IMG/VR virus record: IMGVR_UViG_3300042885_001472
Strand: one strand, 5' to 3'
DNA: 64,000 nt
Origin: a virus
Lineage: Duplodnaviria; Caudoviricetes
The number at the start of each line of letters is the position of its first letter. Positions within the stretch are counted from its first letter, which is position 1. The translations under genes and the position numbers were made by a program. Of the stretch, positions 48,970-58,009 are shown one piece after another. The notes beneath the pieces are model-generated. The model was not told where the DNA came from. It saw only the letters and a program-made list of their open reading frames with translations, and did no database searches.

Positions 48970-49350
48970 ATGTTTAAAACTAAAGAAGATCAATATAATA
49001 GAATTTTTCAACTTTTTGAAAGGGTTGAAAATCCATATGAATCACTATTATTAGAAGGTAGTGGTGGACCAAGTGGTTTTGAAGATAAATGGTTTGATAG
49101 TACTACTGGTAAGTTATATGAGGATGTATCAAAAACAACTGAAGTTAAAACTTTCAATATAATCGCTAACGCGAATACTGAAGTTCGTGAACTGTCAAGG
49201 GGTGGTGGTCAACATTTATACTGGAATTATTGGATTGTTGGTTTAAATGAAAAAAAATATGTTTTGGTTGTAGAACCAGATGAAGATGTTAATAATAGAA
49301 AATCTGGTTCTGGTATTGTACGAGATGTTTACTATATCCACGTTAAATAA
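48970..49350 (+). CDS. Hypothetical protein
   Basis: 126-aa ORF; ATATTTAT 5 nt upstream; ...ESLLLEG. Confidence 0.7.
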   Translation: MFKTKEDQYNRIFQLFERVENPYESLLLEGSGGPSGFEDKWFDSTTGKLYEDVSKTTEVKTFNIIANANTEVRELSRGGGQHLYWNYWIVGLNEKKYVLVVEPDEDVNNRKSGSGIVRDVYYIHVK

Positions 49351-50331
49351 ATGGAAGAGATGAAATTACATACTATATTTTTAGAACAAACAATCAATAA
49401 ACCTCAACCGGTTTCTGATCCGTCTACATTAAGAGCTGTACCAACATCCCCATCTAGTGTCGTTCAATTAGATGATCCTAATTATAAGGGTAAAAGAAGG
49501 GGTGATGAAATTTCTAATTTTATTGAGACATTTGATTTAGATACACACGAAGCTTTAGAGGTTGTGGGATTGGTGGCGATTTTTTTCCCACCAATTGGGA
49601 CAGCTATATCTGTAGCCGCTGGTTTAGTTAATGCGGGGTTATACGCTAAAGAGGGTGATAATTATAGTGCTGGATTAAATCTTATGTTTTCAACACTACC
49701 ATTAATTGGACCAATAGTGAATAAAATACCTGGTTTAAAAACATGGTCTAAAAAAGCTCTAATAACTTTAGGGGAAAAAATTAAATTAAAACAAGCCTTA
49801 ACTAAAGGTGAAAAATTACTTGCTGATCAATTAATTTTAAATAAAGATTTTATTAAAACAGAAGTAAACAATTTAATTGTTAAGAGTAAGGATAAAATCC
49901 TAAAATCAGCTTTAGATGGTAGAACAAAACAATTTATAATAAAAACCGCTGAGAAAGGTGGTGATTTAGTTAAAGCTGGCACTAAAATTACCGGTAATGT
50001 TACAACTACTGGTGCTAGTATACTAATCCCTGGTGAAATTATGGTATCAGGATATGATAAATTATATGGTATAGTTCAATCAGATACACCTAGAAGTGTT
50101 GCTGAAAAAATGGGGTATGATTGGGAAGAACTTAAAGATGAATTTGGTAGTTCTAACACACCGGAAGATAATATAAAATTAAAAAACGCATTACTAACTG
50201 GTTGGAATCCAAGTGAGGATGAAGTACCAAAAATTTATAGAACTGAACTTTACGCTGAACGTTTACAAACACCGAAAACACTTAGTAAAGAAGAATTAGA
50301 AAATGAAATTAATAAAGCACTTGATATATAA
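49351..50331 (+). CDS. Hypothetical protein with a pre-toxin-TG-like hydrophobic segment
   Basis: HEALEVVGL...PPIGTAISVAAGLVNAGLYAKEGDNYSAGLNL...LPLIG. Confidence 0.6.
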   Translation: MEEMKLHTIFLEQTINKPQPVSDPSTLRAVPTSPSSVVQLDDPNYKGKRRGDEISNFIETFDLDTHEALEVVGLVAIFFPPIGTAISVAAGLVNAGLYAKEGDNYSAGLNLMFSTLPLIGPIVNKIPGLKTWSKKALITLGEKIKLKQALTKGEKLLADQLILNKDFIKTEVNNLIVKSKDKILKSALDGRTKQFIIKTAEKGGDLVKAGTKITGNVTTTGASILIPGEIMVSGYDKLYGIVQSDTPRSVAEKMGYDWEELKDEFGSSNTPEDNIKLKNALLTGWNPSEDEVPKIYRTELYAERLQTPKTLSKEELENEINKALDI

Positions 50332-50351
50332 TAAAAATAAAGAATAATAGT

Positions 50352-51605
50352 ATGGTCATTAAAATTACAGAATCTCAATTAAAAGTATTAGAAAATTATT
50401 TAAATAATAATATTTTAACAGAAGCACCAATAACGGGTCCTAAAGTTAAAGGTAAAACTAAAGGTAAAACTAAAGGTAAATTTAGTGGTGTTAATTATAA
50501 AAAAATTAAAAAATTTACCACACCAAAATTTTTCGGTAGTGCTACACCAGAAGAACTTATGACTGGTCTTGACCAAGCATTTGAAGGTTTAAAGAAAAAA
50601 TGGCAATTACCAACTATTTTAGAAAAACAAAAAACTTTATTAATAAAAAATGCTTTTGATAAAGGTAAATCTAATTTAGATTATAAAGAAATGACTGATA
50701 GATTAAGTAAATCTATGGACGCTATAGCTAAAGACGCTAAACTAATGGAAAATCCAGAGATTAAAAATTTCTATGGGAAAGTAAAAACTTGGTTAGCTAA
50801 ACCTGGTCGTGAACGTTTGAATACAACCGGTAACCTTATCGTTACAGCTTTACTTGGTAGTGGACTTGACATCTTAATTGAACTCCCTTTTAGAGATAGT
50901 ATTAAAGATGTTACAGTGGCTAAACCATTCCTTAAAACATGGCCTATTGAAAAAAAATTACTTGAGTTATTGAGGACTGAAGGTAGTGAAATAATGATTG
51001 ATGGTACACCAACAACAATAAATTCAGATGACGCTAATAGTAATGCTGAATCAGATATTAAAGTAACAATAACAAAAAGTGGTGAAATTTTTGTTATTGT
51101 TTTAAACCCACCAGCACAAATTGATATGAAACCATTTTCACCATTAAAGTATAATGGTGAAACTTTTTATTATGAAACACCCTCTAATATTAAAATTAAG
51201 ACTTTATTAACCACAGTTGGTAGTAGTATTGAAATTAAAGGTAAAGGTCTACAACAAATAACTGATGAAGATATTAAACATAATAATACTTTAATCCCAA
51301 AAGATATTAATGTCGCTAAAACTATTGTTAAAATAGGAGTTGGGGCTAAAATTAATGGTGTTATTTATAATAATTTTATATGGAATAAAACTACGGAAGA
51401 TTTAACTGCTATAGAAAATAGTAAGTTAACATTTGAAAATACAATAGAAGGTTTTAAAAAATGGCTTATAACACCACAATCTGAAGGTGGTGCTGGTCAA
51501 TCAGAAGATATAGGTAAACCTAGTGGTGAAAAAGATAATTTTATACTTACTTTTAGTGATGGTAAAAAAGAAACTTTTGAATATAAGGATGGTAATTTTA
51601 AATAA
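50352..51605 (+). CDS. Hypothetical protein (possible internal head protein)
   Basis: MVIKITESQLKVLE...ILTE leader. Confidence 0.75.
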   Translation: MVIKITESQLKVLENYLNNNILTEAPITGPKVKGKTKGKTKGKFSGVNYKKIKKFTTPKFFGSATPEELMTGLDQAFEGLKKKWQLPTILEKQKTLLIKNAFDKGKSNLDYKEMTDRLSKSMDAIAKDAKLMENPEIKNFYGKVKTWLAKPGRERLNTTGNLIVTALLGSGLDILIELPFRDSIKDVTVAKPFLKTWPIEKKLLELLRTEGSEIMIDGTPTTINSDDANSNAESDIKVTITKSGEIFVIVLNPPAQIDMKPFSPLKYNGETFYYETPSNIKIKTLLTTVGSSIEIKGKGLQQITDEDIKHNNTLIPKDINVAKTIVKIGVGAKINGVIYNNFIWNKTTEDLTAIENSKLTFENTIEGFKKWLITPQSEGGAGQSEDIGKPSGEKDNFILTFSDGKKETFEYKDGNFK

Positions 51606-51606
51606 T

Positions 51607-51951
51607 ATGGATAAATTATTAGAACAATCAAATACTCTGTCTAAAGAAACATCTGATAAATTTTCTAAACATCAGACTAAAAAACCTTCTACACCTAATG
51701 ATGGGGATAAATTTTCTAAGCATAAGGATAAAAAACCCTCCACCGATAAAACAACTATACCCCCATCACCAGATGGAACGAGTAAGGTAGATCAGAAACC
51801 GACTGTTAAACAGACTCCAAAAACTATGGATGATTATAGACTTTGGATACAATGGTCTCCCACATCTGATGAATTTGAAGATCTTGGTTTCGCAAGAGCA
51901 ATTGAAAAGGCTTATTTTAGTAATGATACTAAACAAGATTATTACAAATAG
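51607..51951 (+). CDS. Hypothetical protein with K/P/T/S tandem repeat (start revised from 51523)
   Basis: MDKLLEQ; DKFSKHQTKKPST / DKFSKHKDKKPST. Confidence 0.65.
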   Translation: MDKLLEQSNTLSKETSDKFSKHQTKKPSTPNDGDKFSKHKDKKPSTDKTTIPPSPDGTSKVDQKPTVKQTPKTMDDYRLWIQWSPTSDEFEDLGFARAIEKAYFSNDTKQDYYK

Positions 51952-52035
51952 GTGTTTTTTTAATATTTACTAAAAAATTTTAATAAGTATATTTATCCTA
52001 CATAATAAATAATATAAAATTAAAGTTTTTAGTAA

Positions 52036-52803
52036 ATGGATCATTTAAAACCAGAAAATCAATTTCAAGAAGAATTAACATCTTATGATGTTATAGAGTT
52101 ACCATCTAATGGTATTCTATATAAAAATAAAATCTCAAAAGCTAAAGTTAGTTATCTTAACGCTTTAGATGAATCAATTCTTACCTCTCCAAATATTATG
52201 AAGAATGGTAAGTTTATTGACATTTTAATCAAACGAAAAGTTAAAGATTTGGGTGGTTTAGATCCATTAGATTTATTATCCGGAGACAGAATGGCCATCA
52301 TTTTATTTTTACGTACAACCGGTTTTGGTCCAATTTATAAAGTTCCAATCACATTAACTGACGGTTCAGATAGAACCGTAATGGGTGAAATTGATTTAAG
52401 TTTAATAAAACCAAAACAATTATTGGCCAAACCAGATGAGAATGGTGAATTTGAATATAAATTACCTATGAGTGGTAAGTTAGTTAAATTTAGACTTTTA
52501 ACCGGTAAAGATGAAAGTGATATTGATTTAAAAGACGAAGCCCATTCAGAGTTTAGTACTGATGGTATTTCTGAAAAATCTAAATTCAGATTAGAATCTA
52601 TGGTTATGGAAATTGATGGTATTAGAGATAAGTTAAAAATTTCTTCTATGTTCCATAAAATACCTTTGGGTGATTCGTTATCCTTAAAAACATATTATAA
52701 TGAAATTGAACCTGGACTAGATTTAAATGTTGAAGTTAGGATTCCCGGGGGTGAGTCCATTAGGAGCTTTCTTCCCATCGGAGCTAATTTTTTCTGGATT
52801 TAA
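52036..52803 (+). CDS. Tail assembly chaperone/baseplate hub assembly protein (gp26-like)
   Basis: VIELPSNG..Y, DESIL, F.Y.LPMSGK.VKFRLLTG.DE, C-terminal NFFW; sits upstream of tape measure. Confidence 0.75.
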   Translation: MDHLKPENQFQEELTSYDVIELPSNGILYKNKISKAKVSYLNALDESILTSPNIMKNGKFIDILIKRKVKDLGGLDPLDLLSGDRMAIILFLRTTGFGPIYKVPITLTDGSDRTVMGEIDLSLIKPKQLLAKPDENGEFEYKLPMSGKLVKFRLLTGKDESDIDLKDEAHSEFSTDGISEKSKFRLESMVMEIDGIRDKLKISSMFHKIPLGDSLSLKTYYNEIEPGLDLNVEVRIPGGESIRSFLPIGANFFWI

Positions 52804-52951
52804 TCTTAATTATCACCAACATTTATTGGATGAAATTTATATGTTGGTAAAACATTGTAATTTTAATTATTCAGATATTTATAAAATGCCTACATATCAA
52901 CGAAAATATTTTTTAGATAAGTTGATTGAGGAACATAATAAAGACGAATAA
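52787..52951 (+). CDS. gp51-like/gpT-like chaperone extension, probably reached by frameshift
   Basis: +1 frame: NYHQHLLDEIYMLVKHCNFNYSDIYKMPTYQRKYFLDKLIEE; no convincing start of its own. Confidence 0.65.
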   Translation: MFSGFNLNYHQHLLDEIYMLVKHCNFNYSDIYKMPTYQRKYFLDKLIEEHNKDE

Positions 52952-52962
52952 ATTTAACACAT

Positions 52963-55047
52963 ATGGCAGCCACACCACCGGGAGGTTCAGCGTTTGACGC
53001 ATTAAGTAAATTAACAGATACTTTGGGGGCCGGAGCTACCGCAGTTGCTGGTACTATATCAACTATGGAAGGTACACTTAAAAAATTAATAGGTGCTGCT
53101 GGGAAATATTATAGTTATTGGGAAAAAGTTAATACGAGTACTTTAAATATCACTAAAAATTTTGGTGGTACTTTAAAAAGTTTTAGTACTGCTAATTCAT
53201 ATACAAGATTATTATCAAGTAACTTACAAGAAGCTGGTAGTGAACTAGAACGAATGGGTTCTAGTATAGCTAAATCCGCAGAAGCTATTGGTAAATTATC
53301 AGATAATAGTGGGACTTTTGTTGGTGTTACAACAGAAGCTATTAAAGGTTTTGCGGCATTAAGTGAAAAAATTGGTGACGCAACAGCTGGTGATTTAGCT
53401 AAAGACTTAATTAGTGTTGGTTATAGCCTAGAAAGTTCTAATGAAGTTGTCGCTCAAATGGTTGATAGTTCCCAAAAAATGGGGTTAAATTCTAAGAAAG
53501 TATCTGAAGCGGTTTCATCCAATTTTAAAGCTTTATCTAGGTATACTTTTAAAGGTGGTGCAACAGAAATGGCATCAATGGCACAAAGTTCTGTTATGTT
53601 AGGGGTTAATATGGGAGAAGCCACAAAAAAACTGAAAGATTTAAGAAGTCCAGAAAAAGCTATTGAATTTGCACAACAGATGCAAATGTATGGTGGTACA
53701 ATAGCTCAAGAATTAGGTGATGCTAATGAAATATTACGAATGAGTCATTCTGGGGCTGAAGGACTTAAAGAATATAATTTAAAATTAGCTAAATCAGCAG
53801 CTTCTTTAATGACAAATGTAGATGGGACTTTTCAACTTATTGGGGGAAATCAAGAAATAATGGATGGTCTTATTGAAAAATCTCAAATGACTGCAGATCA
53901 ATTTCAGGATATGGCTCAAAAAATGGCTAAACTTACTGAATTAAGTGGTAAATACAATTTAAATTTACCGACAGAAGATCTAAATGTATTACAAGGATTT
54001 ATTGATTTTAGTAAAAGTAGTGGTGGAAAAATTCAATTAACTGGCGTTGATAAATTAGACGAGCAATTTAAAAAAGACCGTGGTATAGATTCAAAAGGTA
54101 TGATTGATGCTAATAATATTACATCAGAAAATATGGGTGAATTAGTTAAAGCGTTAAAAGAATCCACTAAAGAAAAAGAAAGTAAAGAACCTAAAGACGC
54201 TGTACAAGGAATTAAAGATCAGGTTACAGCGTCAATTAACTTGACAGATCAATTAAGTCGTTTGGGTGGTCAAATTATAGCTTTAACACCAAATGTTGCA
54301 ACCCTAGCTAATAACTCCAAAGTCAATACTGATATAAAAGAAGGTATGAGTTCAATTAAAAAAATTCTTGAAGATACTAAATCTAAAGAAGCCGCCACAG
54401 GACTTATAGATAAAGGTATTAAAGGATTTGAAACAGTAACCACTACTCTAAACACAAGTCTTTCAATAATTGCCGAAAAAATCGCTACCGGTGGTTTTAC
54501 TTTTACAACCGCAGTGACCGCGATGGAAAAAATAGTGACTAAATTTTTAGATATTAAAGCTAAAGGTGGTATGGTTGAATATGGTGATGGAGGTCTTTTT
54601 AATGGTCCCTCCCATAAACAAGGTGGTATTCCGGTAACAACTAAAGGTTCTGGTAACATGTTTGAAGTTGAAGGTGGTGAAGCCATAATCAATAAAAAAT
54701 CCACATCAATGTTTAAACCCCTATTATCTTCAATTAATGAATTAGGTGGTGGAGTTAAATTCGCTAATGGTGGGATATCTTCACCAATGGCCTCCAGAAG
54801 TACCCAAATGGGCTCTAATGGGACTTCTAACATAAATGTAGGTTCTAGTACCCCAATCAATATAAATGTTAATGTAAATGGATCTGTGGCGATTGATGGT
54901 AAAAATTTTAATATTTCTGACGAAGAGAAAGAAAAATTATCAATTAGTATAAAAAATACTTTTATGAGTGAAGTTTTCAGTAATATCACCAAAGGAGAAG
55001 CTTTTACCGGTAAAAAAACTAAACCAAATTACATTTTTAACTCTTAA
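52963..55047 (+). CDS. Tape measure protein
   Basis: Helical, A/S/K-rich; position after the chaperones; C-terminal GGLFNGPSHKQGG...EVEGGEAII...FANGG. Confidence 0.85.
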   Translation: MAATPPGGSAFDALSKLTDTLGAGATAVAGTISTMEGTLKKLIGAAGKYYSYWEKVNTSTLNITKNFGGTLKSFSTANSYTRLLSSNLQEAGSELERMGSSIAKSAEAIGKLSDNSGTFVGVTTEAIKGFAALSEKIGDATAGDLAKDLISVGYSLESSNEVVAQMVDSSQKMGLNSKKVSEAVSSNFKALSRYTFKGGATEMASMAQSSVMLGVNMGEATKKLKDLRSPEKAIEFAQQMQMYGGTIAQELGDANEILRMSHSGAEGLKEYNLKLAKSAASLMTNVDGTFQLIGGNQEIMDGLIEKSQMTADQFQDMAQKMAKLTELSGKYNLNLPTEDLNVLQGFIDFSKSSGGKIQLTGVDKLDEQFKKDRGIDSKGMIDANNITSENMGELVKALKESTKEKESKEPKDAVQGIKDQVTASINLTDQLSRLGGQIIALTPNVATLANNSKVNTDIKEGMSSIKKILEDTKSKEAATGLIDKGIKGFETVTTTLNTSLSIIAEKIATGGFTFTTAVTAMEKIVTKFLDIKAKGGMVEYGDGGLFNGPSHKQGGIPVTTKGSGNMFEVEGGEAIINKKSTSMFKPLLSSINELGGGVKFANGGISSPMASRSTQMGSNGTSNINVGSSTPININVNVNGSVAIDGKNFNISDEEKEKLSISIKNTFMSEVFSNITKGEAFTGKKTKPNYIFNS

Positions 55048-55112
55048 TTTAAAAATTTATTTTTCAAATAGACTTTACTTAGGGTTTTTTGAATTTATAT
55101 ATGGTAAGTGGG

Positions 55113-55200
55113 TTATATAATATAATATTAAATATAATATTAAATGAAACTTTAAAATTAAATATATAATATTAAATGTAATATATAATATAATATGAAA
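55113..55200. repeat. Nearly pure-AT intergenic tract with TATAATATTAAAT repeats
   Basis: Copies at 55121, 55133, 55165 and a degenerate copy at 55183. Confidence 0.8.
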
Positions 55201-55238
55201 TTTTAAGGTCTTATATATTTATTATTAAATAATAAGAT

Positions 55239-57665
55239 ATGTCATTAAGTTTTTTAGATAGTTCAACAATAAAAGATATTCGGAAGAATATTTTAAAACT
55301 TAACTTAGGTGTTACATTTGACGCCTCTCAAATTGGTTTTGGACAATCTGTTTTTACAGATAGGAGTAAATTTACAACGGTTAATACATTAGATCCAAAT
55401 GTTGTTGATGAACCGAGGGCTCTCGATGATCAAGTTCCATTCAGTTTAAATTTATTAAGAAATAATAAATATCAATCTACTGTTGATGGTTATCGATTAG
55501 TTGATTTAAATTCAAATCCAATTGTTCCATTAGGTAATGAAGGTAAAATTGAATATACTGAATTAGTAGAACCCTATGTTGGAACTACAAATATATTTAA
55601 TGTTAAATCTTTAATTTTAAATAGTAAAATTGGTAGTTACAGAGATACACCAATTGGTTTAATTGGTATTACAGCTTTAGATGGATTATTAAAAGAAAAT
55701 ATCGCTAGTAACATTAATTCATCAACTATCGGTAGATATAATAAAGATCCACTTTCATTATTAAAGGGAAATAGTTTAATAATTCCAGATAGAACAATTA
55801 GTAAATTAGACCCTTCAATTAGTAATATGTTTAACCCCACAAATTTTTTACAGGCTGGGACTGAACTTGTTAATGAGTATTTAGGATATACATCTCCGGT
55901 TAGTACTATACCTAGATCAGCGATTGGTTGGAATGAATGGGTGGCTAAAAAAAGAAGAATTAAAGAACGTGGTAATAGTAAATTCGCCAATTTTTTAGAA
56001 GGTGTTGAAAAAACGACTAATAAATTTAAAGACGTGTTAAATAAACTCGGTGGTAATACTATAGTAAATCTTAGTACGGAAGCCAGAATGGAAGAGTTAT
56101 TGAAATATACTGGACAAGGACAAAAAGAGATTATATTTGAAAATTTATCTCAAAATATGTACCAACCAGGGTATTCATATAGACAATCACTTTTAAAAAA
56201 TAAAACTCTTTCTAATTTCCAGGCCAATAGTATTAAATCTAATTTAATTAATAGAGGTAAAAATGGAGATTCACCAGTATATGGTTTATTAGAAAATAAT
56301 GAACGTTATACTAAGTTTGGAATAAATGGTCTTAATCCAATAACGGATAATGATACTAAATCTGTTTTAAAATCTAATGGGATGGTTAGAATAGCCCCCA
56401 ATAAAGATAAACAAAGTTTAAAAAATTATATGTTTTCTATTGAAAACTTAGCGTGGGCGGATGTACCTGACGCCTTTATGTCCGAAGGGGAAAAAGGTAA
56501 TGGTGACCCAGCTACTGGGTTAAGAGGTAAGATGATGTGGTTTCCACCATATGAATTAAGTATCAGTGAAGATAGTTCAGCGTCTTGGGAACCTCAAGAT
56601 TTTATTGGTAGACCAGAACCAGTGTATAGTTATAACAATACAACTAGGGGTGGTTCATTATCATTTAAAATACTTGTGGATCATCCGTCAATTATTAATC
56701 TTGTTAGAGGGACTCAAGATGATATTTTAGAAAAATATTTTAGTGGTGAAATTGATTATACAACTTTTGATCCCTCAAAAGTTGATGGTTTAACTGAAGA
56801 TCAAAAAAGAAAGGGTCTTAAGGGTATATTTGGTGGTTTAAAAAGACCAAAACTTAATATGGATACACCAACCACTGGAAATGTTGGATTAGATTTCCAG
56901 ATAAATCAGGTCGCTAATTTAACTAAGACATTAGATAACTTAAATAAAAATAAAGCTAAAACAGAAACTAAACCAACGACTTTTTGGAGTGATGTTGAAA
57001 ATAAGTGGTTTAGTGAATTATCCCCTGATCAAAGTATAGCTTTTAAATATTTATCTGAAAAAATACAATATTTTCATCCAGCGTTTCATTCAACATCACC
57101 AGAAGGTTTTAATAGTAGGTTAACATTCTTACAACAATGTGTACGACAAGGACCATCTATAACGGAAAATTCAAGTAATAGTGGTAATTTAGCTTTTGGT
57201 AGACCACCAGTTTGTATATTACGAATAGGTGATTTTTATAATACTAAAATAATTATTGATAGTTTAGGTATTAAATATGATAATGATACTTGGGATTTAA
57301 ATCCGGATGGTATTGGGGTACAACCTATGTTAGCTACAATAACTCTTGGTATTAAATTTATTGGTGGTTCATCACTTACTGGCCCAATTAATAAATTACA
57401 AAACGCGGTTTCATTTAACTTCTTCGCTAACACTGAAGTTTATGAATCAAGATCTAATTTTTGGGCGGATCGTCCACCAGTTTCCGGAGATAAAAAAGCG
57501 GATAGTACCAAAATTTTAAAAAATAGTTTAAGTAATACTGACATAAACAAAGTGGAAATACCTAAAGCTAAATTGGGTGATTCACTTAAAGGTACATTCA
57601 CTGGGAATCAGACCGCACAATCTGACGCAAATTCAATAGCTAATTCTGGGGGTCAACTTTCATAA
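55239..57665 (+). CDS. Baseplate/tube-initiator-like structural protein
   Basis: WFPPYELSISE.SSASW....FIGRPEPVYSY; GRPPVCILRIGDFY.TK.II.SL...Y. Confidence 0.65.
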   Translation: MSLSFLDSSTIKDIRKNILKLNLGVTFDASQIGFGQSVFTDRSKFTTVNTLDPNVVDEPRALDDQVPFSLNLLRNNKYQSTVDGYRLVDLNSNPIVPLGNEGKIEYTELVEPYVGTTNIFNVKSLILNSKIGSYRDTPIGLIGITALDGLLKENIASNINSSTIGRYNKDPLSLLKGNSLIIPDRTISKLDPSISNMFNPTNFLQAGTELVNEYLGYTSPVSTIPRSAIGWNEWVAKKRRIKERGNSKFANFLEGVEKTTNKFKDVLNKLGGNTIVNLSTEARMEELLKYTGQGQKEIIFENLSQNMYQPGYSYRQSLLKNKTLSNFQANSIKSNLINRGKNGDSPVYGLLENNERYTKFGINGLNPITDNDTKSVLKSNGMVRIAPNKDKQSLKNYMFSIENLAWADVPDAFMSEGEKGNGDPATGLRGKMMWFPPYELSISEDSSASWEPQDFIGRPEPVYSYNNTTRGGSLSFKILVDHPSIINLVRGTQDDILEKYFSGEIDYTTFDPSKVDGLTEDQKRKGLKGIFGGLKRPKLNMDTPTTGNVGLDFQINQVANLTKTLDNLNKNKAKTETKPTTFWSDVENKWFSELSPDQSIAFKYLSEKIQYFHPAFHSTSPEGFNSRLTFLQQCVRQGPSITENSSNSGNLAFGRPPVCILRIGDFYNTKIIIDSLGIKYDNDTWDLNPDGIGVQPMLATITLGIKFIGGSSLTGPINKLQNAVSFNFFANTEVYESRSNFWADRPPVSGDKKADSTKILKNSLSNTDINKVEIPKAKLGDSLKGTFTGNQTAQSDANSIANSGGQLS

Positions 57666-57685
57666 AAAAATAAAAATAAATTTAA

Positions 57686-58006
57686 ATGGCTGAATATTAC
57701 GATAGATATAATAATTTTAAAATAAATGGTGAGGTAAAACCTTTACCATTCATTAAAATACAACCTAAAAGTACCGATAAAATAATTCCTTTCTTAAAAA
57801 ATAGAGATAGGATGGACAAATTGAGTTTAGCGTATTATAATAACCCATATTATGGTTGGTTAATTATGTCAGCTAACCCTACCTTTGGTGGGTTAGAATT
57901 TGACATACCAAATACTGAATTTATTAGGATACCATTTCCTTTGAATACTAGTATCCAACAATATACGGAACAAATTAATAATTATAAAAGATTAACAGGA
58001 ATTTAG
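57686..58006 (+). CDS. LysM-like baseplate wedge protein (gp53/gpX-like)
   Basis: RDRMDKLSLAYYNNPYYGWLIMSANP...IP....IRIP. Confidence 0.75.
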   Translation: MAEYYDRYNNFKINGEVKPLPFIKIQPKSTDKIIPFLKNRDRMDKLSLAYYNNPYYGWLIMSANPTFGGLEFDIPNTEFIRIPFPLNTSIQQYTEQINNYKRLTGI

Positions 58007-58009
58007 TGA

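Noticed and set aside
54270-54992. 240-aa antisense ORF within the tape measure gene
   Set aside because: Fully overlaps a well-supported gene; the I/L/S/P-rich translation is typical of a reverse-frame shadow
55113-55200. CRISPR mini-array
   Set aside because: Repeats are about 13 nt, pure AT, with irregular 0-19 nt spacing
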